Assembly (NCBI RefSeq): GCF_001194135.2
Contig: NC_068987.1
Location: forward strand, 85,223,195-85,287,194
DNA: 64,000 bases
Source: Octopus bimaculoides
Taxonomy: Eukaryota
Direction: 5' to 3'
The position numbers and the translations under genes are program-made. This document shows positions 12,335-23,700 of this stretch, piece after piece. The notes under the pieces are model-generated. The model was not told where the DNA came from. It did not search any database and saw only the letters and a list, made by a program, of their open reading frames with translations. Position 1 is the first letter of the stretch; each line of letters opens with the position of its first letter.

Positions 12335-12940
12335 TTATACGTCGTTTGCGACGACGAGCGTTCCAGTTGCTCCGATCAACGGAAACAGAACAGTCTTTTT
12401 TAACTTTTTTCTTTATTTGTTTCAGTCATTTGACTACGGTCATGCTGGAGCACCGCCTTTAGTCGAGCAAATCGACCCAAGGACTTATTCTTTGTAAGCC
12501 TAGTACTTTTTCTATCGGTCGCTCTTGCGAACTGCTAAGTGATGGGGACCTAAACACACGACGGGCTTCTTTCAGTTTCCGTCTACCAAATTCACTCGCA
12601 AGGCTTTGGTCGGCCCTCCGAGGCTATAGTAGAAGACACTTGCCCAAGGTGCCACGCAGTGGAACTGAACCCGGAATCATGTGGCTGGTAAACAACCTAC
12701 TTACCACGTGAGAGTGGCTGAGCACTCCATAGATATGTGTAACCTTAACGCAGTTATCAAGGAGATTCAGCATGACACAGAGTGTGACAAGGCTGACCCT
12801 TTGAAATAAAGGTACAACCCAGTTTTGCCAGCTGAGTGGACTGGAGCAGCGGGAAATAAAGTGTCTTGCTCAAGGCCACAGTGCGTCGCCGAGTATTGAA
12901 CTCAATATCTTGAACGAGAAACTCTAACCACTAGACTACG
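12335..12940 (-). mobile_element. SINE family C copy (12335-12388 and 12709-12940) interrupted by a family A copy
   Basis: Left piece gcgttccagttgctccgatcaacgg and right piece agtggctgagcactccatagatatgtgtaaccttaacg are contiguous in the intact copy at 34571-34930. Confidence 0.8.
12400..12708 (-). mobile_element. SINE family A lacking its central microsatellite, nested in family C
   Basis: Tail (gtttcagtcatttgactacggtcatgctggagcaccgcc) joined directly to the 5' half (cgacgggcttctttcagtttccgtctacc...ttgcccaaggtgccacgcagtgg). Confidence 0.9.
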
Positions 12941-13034
12941 CTATATTATAGGGACATAAATAAACCGACAACGTTTGTCAAGGATTGGGAAGAATAAACA
13001 CATACACACACATACTTATAAATGTATGTGTGTG

Positions 13035-13265
13035 TGTGTGTGTGTGTTTGTCCCCCCACTACCACGTGATGACCGACGTTGGTGTGTTTATGTCCTCGTT
13101 AATAGCTGTTCAGTAAATAAGTTGATAAAATAAGTTGCAGACTTAAAAAAAAAAAATTTTTTTAACAATAAATGGCGGCAATTCGTTCGACTAAAATTCT
13201 TCAAGGCGGTGCCCCAGCATGGCCTCTTTCCAATAACCGAAACAAGTAGAAAAGTAAGATTTTTT
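13035..13265 (+). mobile_element. SINE family A, 3' half, diverged
   Basis: gtttgtccccccactacc...ttcaaggcggtgccccagcatggcc...gaaacaagtag. Confidence 0.75.
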
Positions 13266-13467
13266 TTTGAATAATTCGTTCTCATTCATATAAATCGGAT
13301 GATGGATTGACAAACTCAGAAGAGAATTGGACAAAAACTGATTAGCGATAATTAATTAAATCCATTTACGATCTTCGATCACATCCAAACATAATCATGT
13401 TTGATCTTGCTTTGATAAAATACGTACCACTCTATTAAATCGATTATATATTACTCTTCTCCAATAA

Positions 13468-13507
<40 letters not shown>

Positions 13508-13739
13508 GTTCTCATCGTTATTATCCTTGTTATCAATACGTTCAATCACGTTCATTTATTATCGCCATCGATATCATCATTATTCGATCACCCATAAACA
13601 TTTATTTCACCACATGCAATACAACACAACACCACGCTGCTAATTATCTTCTTCGCAAACATCTCCATTATCGTAATCGCTAGCAAACAACATGCGCCGA
13701 CTCATCGTTGTATTACTTTCAAAACCCATCAAACATCAT

Positions 13740-13843
13740 CGTATTGTCCTCCTTCTTCCCGTCGTCGCCGTCGTCATCATCATCGCCGTCGTCGTCGTCA
13801 TCGTTGTCGTCATCATCATCATCACCATCATCATCACTATCAC

Positions 13844-13900
<57 letters not shown>

Positions 13901-14200
13901 TTTTATCATCATCATTAACATCATGATCATAATCATGATCATCCACTGTCATGCCATCATGAACATCATCACCATCACAACCACAACCATAGCCATCATC
14001 AAAATCATCATCATCCAGTCATGCCACCAACATCATCATCACCATCACACAACCACCATAGCCATCATCATCGTCACCACCACCACCACCACCACCACCA
14101 CCACCACCAAGAAACAACAACAGCACCACCACAACCACCACCACAACCACCACCATCATCATCATCATCATGACCATCGCCACCTCCATTTCCACCACCA
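13740..14200. repeat. Compound trinucleotide microsatellite (CGT/CAT/CAC/CAA)n
   Basis: Directly visible; produces poly-I/S/H/D ORFs. Confidence 0.9.
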
Positions 14201-14228
14201 TCTGAAAGTTAGCAGTAGTAACTGCACA

Positions 14229-14274
14229 GTCGGTCGGTCGGTCGGTCAGTCGGTCGGTCGGTCGGTCGGTCGGT
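14229..14274. repeat. (GTCG)n tetranucleotide microsatellite
   Basis: gtcggtcggtcggtcagtcggtcggtcggtcggtcggtcggtc. Confidence 0.9.
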
Positions 14275-14809
14275 CTGTCGCCTCAGATCCTGCTGTTTTG
14301 CTGTTTTTCTGTTGTTTTTTTTCCTTCTTGTTTTTGCTGTTTTTGCTGTCATTTACAAACACATAATACAGTTGACATTTAGGGTGGCTTGATTGTCATC
14401 ACGCTGACGTTATCATGACCCTCTCTATTTCTCTCTCTCTCTCTCTCTCTCTTCGTGCTCTATGCACAGTAACAACACCAACAAAAACAATTAAACAACG
14501 ACAACGTTAGCGTTCCTGCTGTGGGGTGGAAGAACAAAAAACAAAAAACGAAAAGGAATAAACTAAAATAGTCAGCAATGGCGGTTCCTTCACGCATGAC
14601 TGCATCAATGAACACCCGGCCCTGATAGTTTCTGGTGTTGGACGAAAGTTTGACACAGAGGGAAGTTATTCGCTGTTGTTGTTCTCGTTTAGGAAGATGT
14701 TTCAACCGAAAAGTTAGGAAGGAACAAACAAGAAGAAAACCAAAAAAACAAAATCGAGCAGAAACAAACAAAACAAAAAGAGAAAATAAATAAAAGCTTT
14801 TCAGCCATT

Positions 14810-15000
14810 TTGTCTTTTATCTCTTGTTTCAATCGTTAAACTACAGTCATGCTGGGGCGCCACCTTGGTTAATTCTAGTCCAACAAATCGACCCCAGTAC
14901 TAGCTTTATGTTTTGTTCTTTATTCCTGGTACTTAATCTATCGGTTACAATTGCTGAACAGCCAGTTTACAGGGACGCAAACACAGTAACAGCGGTTTTC
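14810..15000 (-). mobile_element. SINE family A, 3' half, diverged
   Basis: cttgtttcaatcgttaaactacagtcatgctggggcgccacc...aaatcgaccccagtact...gtttacagggacgcaaacac. Confidence 0.75.
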
Positions 15001-15085
15001 TATATATATATAACTTCCTATATTGGACTCTACTATTTCCTTCTATTCAACTCTCTCATATCAGTTTTGATGCTATCTGAAAATT

Positions 15086-15408
15086 CTACATGGTTCCGGG
15101 TTCAGTCCCACTGCGGGTAAGTGTCTTCTACTATAGCCTCGGGCCGACCAAAGCCTTGTGAGTGGATTTGGTAGACAAAAACCGAAAGAAACATGTATGT
15201 ATGTGTATATGTTTGTGTATGTATGTTTTTCCCCTCAACGTCACTTGACAACCGATGCTGGTATGTTTACGTCCCCGTAACATTGCGGTACGGCAAAACA
15301 CACCGATAGAATAAGCACTAGGCTTACAAAGAATAAGTCCTGGGGTCGATTCACTCGACTAGAGGTGGTGCTCCAGCATGGCCGCAGTTAAATGACTTGA
15401 GACAAGTA
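15086..15408 (+). mobile_element. SINE family A, 5'-truncated
   Basis: catggttccgggttcagtcccactgcg...gccttgtgagtggatttggtagac...gtgctccagcatggccgcagttaaatgacttgagacaag. Confidence 0.9.
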
Positions 15409-15411
15409 TAC

Positions 15412-15568
15412 TTTTATTCTTTTACTTGTTTCAAGTCATTTGACTGCGACCATGCTGGAGCACTGACTCAAGTCGAGCGAATCGACCCCAGGACTTATTC
15501 TTTGTAAGCCTAGTACTTATTTTATAGGCCGCTTTTGCCGAACCGCTAGATTACGGGGATGTAAACAC
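15412..15568 (-). mobile_element. SINE family A, 3' half, tail-to-tail with the previous copy; runs into a gap
   Basis: tacttgtttcaagtcatttgactgcgaccatgctggagc...ggacttattctttgtaagcctagtac...ttacggggatgtaaacac. Confidence 0.9.
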
Positions 15569-16208
15569 NNNNNNNNNNNNNNNNNNNNNNNNNNNNNNNN
15601 NNNNNNNNNNNNNNNNNNNNNNNNNNNNNNNNNNNNNNNNNNNNNNNNNNNNNNNNNNNNNNNNNNNNNNNNNNNNNNNNNNNNNNNNNNNNNNNNNNNN
15701 NNNNNNNNNNNNNNNNNNNNNNNNNNNNNNNNNNNNNNNNNNNNNNNNNNNNNNNNNNNNNNNNNNNNNNNNNNNNNNNNNNNNNNNNNNNNNNNNNNNN
15801 NNNNNNNNNNNNNNNNNNNNNNNNNNNNNNNNNNNNNNNNNNNNNNNNNNNNNNNNNNNNNNNNNNNNNNNNNNNNNNNNNNNNNNNNNNNNNNNNNNNN
15901 NNNNNNNNNNNNNNNNNNNNNNNNNNNNNNNNNNNNNNNNNNNNNNNNNNNNNNNNNNNNNNNNNNNNNNNNNNNNNNNNNNNNNNNNNNNNNNNNNNNN
16001 NNNNNNNNNNNNNNNNNNNNNNNNNNNNNNNNNNNNNNNNNNNNNNNNNNNNNNNNNNNNNNNNNNNNNNNNNNNNNNNNNNNNNNNNNNNNNNNNNNNN
16101 NNNNNNNNNNNNNNNNNNNNNNNNNNNNNNNNNNNNNNNNNNNNNNNNNNNNNNNNNNNNNNNNNNNNNNNNNNNNNNNNNNNNNNNNNNNNNNNNNNNN
16201 NNNNNNNN

Positions 16209-16241
<33 letters not shown>

Positions 16242-16983
16242 TGCTCGAGAAATTGCTGAAAATTTCTTGTCTTTCGGAGGAGCGGTTAATTATAATTTTA
16301 CTCAACATATTCCGCTCTCAGATTCACACATTCAGCGCACCTTCAGCTTTACTAAACTCTGTGACAGAACGTGGAATGTTGGGCCTCGAACCAGGTCCAT
16401 CGCGACATCCTTAAAGCCAGGAACTTTCCAGCAGTTCCTAGTATTGTGCTTGTGGACACATCTAATATCTAAATCTAAGAACATCAACGAACACTGACTT
16501 TAAAACCTTCTTATCCGGTGCAATATAACTTCTCCCGACGCGCTTATTTTTTCAGCTTCTGACATTTTCAAGGATCTTTCGATCATCCATCTGAGCCAGA
16601 AATATATTTTCTTATTTTCTTACAGCATGGAAACGAGAAAAAATTGAGAGAGAAATGGAGCGGAAGGGTATACGAGTCATTTTGTATACCGGCACGATGC
16701 CAAACATTTTGGAGGTTATTTTATATGGACAATTGAATCGTTTCCAGTACAAGCGTAGTACTTATTGCAACGCAGCCGGGCAGAGACGTAAAAAAATTCA
16801 TCATCCGTTTATTTGTAACTTCTTTCTTATTTCCGTTCCATATCGGCTTATCTTTCGACGGTTTTTTTTTTGGTTTTTTTTCTAGGAGAATATCAGATGC
16901 TTTTCGTGGACATGGTAGACGGAAGCTTAAAATAGTGTGTCCTGTGTGTATATACATACACTCTCTCTCTCTCTCTCTACCTC

Positions 16984-17067
<84 letters not shown>

Positions 17068-17143
17068 GTGTGTATATATATATATGTGTGTGTGTAAATG
17101 TGCGTGTGCGTCTGTGTGAACGTCTGCTCATATATACATACAT

Positions 17144-17183
<40 letters not shown>

Positions 17184-17391
17184 ANNNNNNNNNNNNNNNN
17201 NNNNNNNNNNNNNNNNNNNNNNNNNNNNNNNNNNNNNNNNNNNNNNNNNNNNNNNNNNNNNNNNNNNNNNNNNNNNNNNNNNNNNNNNNNNNNNNNAGTA
17301 AAGTTGTGGAATACCGTACGAGTGGAAATATATATGAAAGAAGGTTTGAAAATGCACTTATTTTAAAGATATTTATTTACTTAACCGGTTT

Positions 17392-18398
17392 CACTTCTTT
17401 AGAAAAAGATTATCAAAAGTCCTTGAGAATAATAAAAAATGTTAAAAAACAGTTTGGGTATTAAAATGCATATATACATTATTTGATGATAATAAGAGGA
17501 ATATATTTAAAGTATAAAGCTTTGTATGAACTTTGTAGTGTTACATACTGATTATCACACATTCTCTGATAATAAGATGAAAATGTTAAAAACAGTGTAA
17601 GTATGAAAATACATATATGGAAAAATACATATACATATTCTTTGATAATCGCAAAAAGTTGAGGAGGAACTGAACTGGCTTTTTTCCCTCACACATACAT
17701 ACGGTTGCTCTCACACGCACACACCACAAGGACGATTAAAACAACACATACATACTCAGACAAAGAGATATACGCACACTCTCACGTACACACATCTAAC
17801 GTCCACACCGACACAAAAATCACACAAACACACACTCATATACACATTCCACAATAAACTCTGGGACCAATAAAAACGGCACACCCACACACACACACAC
17901 ACACACGGACATGAACACACATATATACACACACACATAGAGATGTGCACAAAACCATCCCAAAAACCAGTGAGCCATGATAGACTAGCTCACAGACCAA
18001 CCAAAAATTAAAAAATCCCTTTTAACTCTTACTTCCTCCCACCCCAGCTAGCCAGTCATACTGTCTCTTAAGACAGCAAAACATTCCCTCAATACACACA
18101 AGAGAAAAAAGCCAGGTCAGTTCCTCCTCAACTTTTTGCGATTATCAAAGAATATGTTTATGTATTTTTCCATATATGTATTTTCATACTTACACTGTTT
18201 TTAACATTTTCATCTTATTATCAGAGAATGTGTGATAATCAGTATGTAACACTACAAAGTTCATACAAAGCTTTATACTTTAAATATATTCCTCTTATTA
18301 TCATCAAAGAATGTATATATGCATTTTAATACTCAAACTGTTTTTTAACATTTTTTATTATTCTCAAAGACTTTTGATAATCTTTTTCTAAAAAAGTG
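17392..18398. repeat. 295-bp inverted repeat pair (17392-17686 and 18104-18398) with a 417-bp spacer; possible inverted Penelope-like pLTRs
   Basis: The arms are reverse complements with 6 substitutions counted by eye. The outer end carries a degenerate hammerhead-like motif. Both ends lie at or near N-gaps. Confidence 0.8.
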
Positions 18399-18786
18399 NN
18401 NNNNNNNNNNNNNNNNNNNNNNNNNNNNNNNNNNNNNNNNNNNNNNNNNNNNNNNNNNNNNNNNNNNNNNNNNNNNNNNNNNNNNNNNNNNNNNNNNNNN
18501 NNNNNNNNNNNNNNNNNNNNNNNNNNNNNNNNNNNNNNNNNNNNNNNNNNNNNNNNNNNNNNNNNNNNNNNNNNNNNNNNNNNNNNNNNNNNNNNNNNNN
18601 NNNNNNNNNNNNNNNNNNNNNNNNNNNNNNNNNNNNNNNNNNNNNNNNNNNNNNNNNNNNNNNNNNNNNNNNNNNNNNNNNNNNNNNNNNNNNNNNNNNN
18701 NNNNNNNNNNNNNNNNNNNNNNNNNNNNNNNNNNNNNNNNNNNNATATATATATATATATACATGCATACATACATATATAGATAC

Positions 18787-18912
18787 ATATGACAGGCTTC
18801 TTTCAGTTTCAGTCTACCAAATTCACTGAAGGCTATGAGCAATGTGCCACGCAGTGGGACTGATCCCGGAACCATGTGGTTGGGAAGCAAGCTTTTTACC
18901 ACACAGCCACGC
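18787..18912 (-). mobile_element. SINE family A, 5' half
   Basis: ggcttctttcagtttcagtctacc...gtgccacgcagtgggactgatcccggaaccatgtgg...ccacacagccac. Confidence 0.85.
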
Positions 18913-19429
18913 TTGCGCCAAACTCTAAACCGTGAGTAACACTGTTCATATTTTATTATGACAGCAAATGCTGCGTAATTGTCAAACATTGGCAGCTATG
19001 AAAACTTAATTATTGTTTATAACATATTAATAGTTTCCAGACATTTAATCTCGCTACAAATTTATTATATAAATTATAATCATCATCACGGAGAACATCA
19101 TCATCATTGTCAAGCTCGTCGTTGTCATCATCATTTAACAACTACAGCATGCACTTTCTGTCGGGCATGAACACGGACGTGTCTCCTATCATGTTAATTA
19201 TGGAATTCTCGAGTCGTTATTCCATTCATTATGGCCTTGAAAGCTAATAATACCCAGAGTGGTTTCTTTTCACTGGAAGACTGTATCCGTCGCAGTTTAC
19301 ACACGCTCATTTGTCTTTGAAAGTGCAACCGGGAGCGAGAGTCTGTACGCAATTTTCATCTGTTGTCTCTTACGTGTAGAAGATGCCATGGCGATCGCCA
19401 ATATCCGTCAATTAAATCCACTGCTATTC

Positions 19430-19629
19430 TACTCTTTTGGTCTTTTACCTCTTTCAGTCATTTGACTGTGGCCATGTTGGAGCACAGCCTTTAGTCGAGC
19501 AAATCGACCCCAGGACTTATTCTTTGTAAGCCTAGTACTTATTCTATCGGTCGCTTTTGCCGAACCGCTAAGTTACGGGGACGTAAACACAGTAGCATCG
19601 GTTATCAAGCGATGTTGGAGAAACAAGCA

Positions 19630-19665
<36 letters not shown>
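19430..19665 (-). mobile_element. SINE family A, 3' half
   Basis: ctttcagtcatttgactgtggccatgttggagcacagcctttagtcgagcaaatcgaccccagg...gttacggggacgtaaacac. Confidence 0.9.
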
Positions 19666-19672
<7 letters not shown>

Positions 19673-19739
19673 GTATGTATCCCAGCTGTAAGGCCTTATT
19701 TCCATATACACCAGCTTAATTTTATTCGTCCTTACTCGG

Positions 19740-20036
19740 AGGACATCTGTTGTTATGTCCCGTTATTATTCGAGAATTACCAGCCGAAATTGCAAGGATA
19801 ATCTGGATCTCGACTGAAGAAAGAAAACTCCGAATGACCTGTCCGTGTTTTCTTTGTATCGTCTATCTGGATGTTTTGTCCTTTCTTGTATCATCTAACT
19901 GTCCGGATGCTTTGTGTTCTTGTTCCATTCTGTATTATTCCGCCACTACATTCCTCCATGGCAAGGTTTAATTTGTGTATACAAATTTAATTTGCGGTCC
20001 ATGGGAAGAGCCGTTTTAGCGGTGCATCCTGCCCAG
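19740..20036. repeat. Interspersed repeat fragment related to 3965-4125 (possibly Penelope-like)
   Basis: Shares aatttaatttgcggtccatgggaagagc with 3965; contains ctgaagaaagaaaactccgaa. Class uncertain. Confidence 0.45.
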
Positions 20037-20376
20037 NNNNNNNNNNNNNNNNNNNNNNNNNNNNNNNNNNNNNNNNNNNNNNNNNNNNNNNNNNNNNNNN
20101 NNNNNNNNNNNNNNNNNNNNNNNNNNNNNNNNNNNNNNNNNNNNNNNNNNNNNNNNNNNNNNNNNNNNNNNNNNNNNNNNNNNNNNNNNNNNNNNNNNNN
20201 NNNNNNNNNNNNNNNNNNNNNNNNNNNNNNNNNNNNNNNNNNNNNNNNNNNNNNNNNNNNNNNNNNNNNNNNNNNNNNNNNNNNNNNNNNNNNNNNNNNN
20301 NNNNNNNNNNNCTTTAAGTTCCCGTCTACCAACAAACACACAGACAAAGCACATACTATATACACATAAACACCAG

Positions 20377-20590
20377 GGCGGCGAGCTGACAGAAACGTTA
20401 GCACGCCGGGCGAAATGCTAAGCGGCATTTCGTCTGCCGTTACATTCTGAGTTCAAATTCAGCCGAGGTCGACTTTGTCTTTCATACTTTCGGAGTCGAT
20501 AAATTAAGTACCAGTTGCGTACTAGGCTCGATCGAATCCACTGGCCTCGTCCCCAACAATTTCGGACCTTTTGCCCGGAGTAGAAAAGAA
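20377..20590 (+). mobile_element. SINE family B, full-length, tail type 1
   Basis: ggcggcgagctgacagaaacgttagcacgccgggcgaaatgc...gaggtcgactttgtctttcatactttcggagtcgataaattaagtaccag...gtagaaaagaat. Confidence 0.9.
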
Positions 20591-20964
20591 TATACACTGA
20601 AACACCTAGAAACATCCACAGAGAGTAAAATGTCTACATACACACAGATATATAGAAACAAATGACATACAGACACACACACACGCGCGCATGCTGTCAT
20701 AAGGCGTACAAAGCTGCTTATTCCTGTGGTTCACCTTCTGCTGTGTGAGAGATTTTTTTTAGTTCAGCTGCTTCTAAAATGCATCTTCAATATACTGCTG
20801 ACTCATTGATCTTCTCGGTTTCATGTTTTCTACGTCTGAGGCGTACAATGCTTCTGCGTTTCTTGTTTACGTTAATTGCGTGTCTCTCAGTGCACGGCTA
20901 TTTGTTTGGATAAATCGCTCTGTATCTAAGACGCTTTCCTTCAGTCAAGTGTTATTGAGACACA

Positions 20965-21520
<556 letters not shown>

Positions 21521-21731
21521 TTCTTAAGCATATTTCATAAACAACTCCTTTTACTTCATAAAAACCGAAGAAAACGAAAACAATAAAAACATAAATAATA
21601 AATCGCGTTAATAAACAAATAGAGAACAAAATAAAAACTGCGTAAAACGAAATGAACCAACTTCAGACAACGTATTTTCCCGTTAATTTTACTTTATATG
21701 GAATCTTTCGATATTGTTGTTTCTGTAACAC

Positions 21732-21928
21732 GGGGCGAGCTGGCAGAAACGTTAGCATACCGGGCGAAATGCTTAGCGGTATTTCGTTTGTCTTTACGTT
21801 CTGAGTTCAAATTCCGCCGAGGTCATCTTTGCCTTTCATCCTTTCGGGGTCAATATATTAAGTACCAGTTGCGTACTGGCCCCCTCCCCAAAAATTTCCG
21901 GCCTTGTGCCTAGAGTAGAAAAGAATAT
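21732..21928 (+). mobile_element. SINE family B, tail type 1, small internal deletion
   Basis: Matches the 20377 and 51593 copies but lacks ggtcgatctaatcgactgg. Confidence 0.9.
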
Positions 21929-21934
21929 TTCTAA

Positions 21935-22069
21935 GGCGGCGAGCTGGCAGAAACGTTAGCACACCAGGCGAAATGCTTAGCGGTATTTCGTCTGTCTTTA
22001 CGTTCTGAGTTCAAATCGACTGGCACCCTCCCCCAGAATTTCGGGCCTTGGGCCAAGAGTAGAAAAGAA
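21935..22069 (+). mobile_element. SINE family B, tandem copy lacking the core
   Basis: Head ...ttctgagttcaaat joined directly to cgactggcaccctcccccagaattt tail. Confidence 0.85.
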
Positions 22070-22244
22070 AGGGCATTGTTGTTCCTATTGCTGTTGTTGC
22101 TAATCTCATTTCTATTTGTCATTGTCTTTTTTTTAATTTTTGTTTTGTTTTGTTTTTGTTTCACATCGATTAATACAATATGAATTCGAAATTAAACTTA
22201 TCAATACCAATATTACAATAATTTTATGTTGCTTTCCAAATCAT

Positions 22245-22253
22245 CATCATCAG

Positions 22254-22316
<63 letters not shown>

Positions 22317-22317
22317 A
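22245..22317. repeat. (CAT)n microsatellite
   Basis: Directly visible. Confidence 0.95.
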
Positions 22318-22439
22318 TGCTTCAAATTCTCCAAACTGCACCCAATTCACAATTAGAGCTTCTTCTTCTTGCTGTTGCTGATATTGTTTTGTAGGGTTGG
22401 GATCTGTGTTTTTATTTTTGGCATTTTTCTCGTTTCTAA

Positions 22440-22481
<42 letters not shown>

Positions 22482-22659
22482 GGCGTTTTTTTTTCTTTCT
22501 TTCTAGTTTTTTTTTTCCTTTTTTGTTTATAAATTTCTTTCCTCCTGTTTGCTTCGTTTAATCTATTGAAGCAGCGGCAAGGCACAGTCTTTGATCATTT
22601 GTTTTCTAAATTCGCTGAGTTGTACGATTTTCGAACTCGTACTTACGTGCGGACATGTG

Positions 22660-22704
<45 letters not shown>

Positions 22705-23074
22705 CTGCTTGTCCGTATACACTTTCTTTGTTCAACACACTTTTCATTTACCTTTCCACCTTAGACATGTATGAATATCAATGTCTGTCGCTACAGCTAT
22801 GAGTCTGTATGAATATATGTATGTATGTGCTTGTTTGTATATGTATAACAGAAAGAGAGAGAGGGGAGTGAGAGAGAGAGAGGGGAGAGAGAGAGAAAGA
22901 GAGAGAGCATATGTGTGTGTGTGTGTGTGTATGTGAGTGTGTAGTCTAACTGAAATTAATTTTCTTTTTAATTTAGTACTGCACTTTTCGTCACCGAATC
23001 GATAAGACAAACCCTTTTATCTTTACCAATATGCTGAAGCATTTCAACCCCGAAGCATTTTAACAATAAATTGT

Positions 23075-23400
23075 AGGGTATGTGTGCGTGTGTATGTATG
23101 TATGTATGTAAACAAGCATGCATGCATGTATGTATGTATGTATGTATGTATGTATGTATGTATGCATGTATGCATGTATGTATGTATGTATGTATGTATG
23201 TATGTATGCATGTATGTATGTACGTATGTATGCATGCATGCATGCATGTATGTATGTATGTATGTATGTATGCATGTGTATGTGTATATAAATATATATA
23301 CATATATATATGTATGTATGAGAATATGTATGTGTATATATATATATATATATATACATATACTTATACATATGGATATATATATATATATGTGTATATA
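23075..23400. repeat. (TATG/CATG)n and (TA)n microsatellite
   Basis: Directly visible. Confidence 0.95.
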
Positions 23401-23493
23401 TGGGAGAATGTACATAAAAAACAACAACAGACGAGGACAGGTGGTGTAAACAACAAAAGGATGTATTAGTTTGACGCTCGGGAATACAGAAAG

Positions 23494-23530
23494 TCTTTAA
23501 CGTTTCGAGCTACGCTCTTCAACAGAAAGA
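23494..23530 (-). ncRNA. Minimal hammerhead-ribozyme-like motif (Penelope-type), one core substitution
   Basis: Minus strand reads UCUUU-CUGUUGA-A-GAGC-GUA-GCUC-GAAA-CG-UU-AAAGA: 5-bp stem I, 4-bp stem II, palindromic ACGU stem III. Position A6 is U. Confidence 0.55.
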
Positions 23531-23602
23531 ATACGGAGAAAACAAGGAGAAAAACACGGAGTAAAAAAATTGAATGATGTTTGGTCAACGATCTATCATG
23601 GC

Positions 23603-23646
<44 letters not shown>

Positions 23647-23700
23647 ATACACATATATATGTATGTATGTATGTATGTATGCATGTATGTTTGTATGTAT

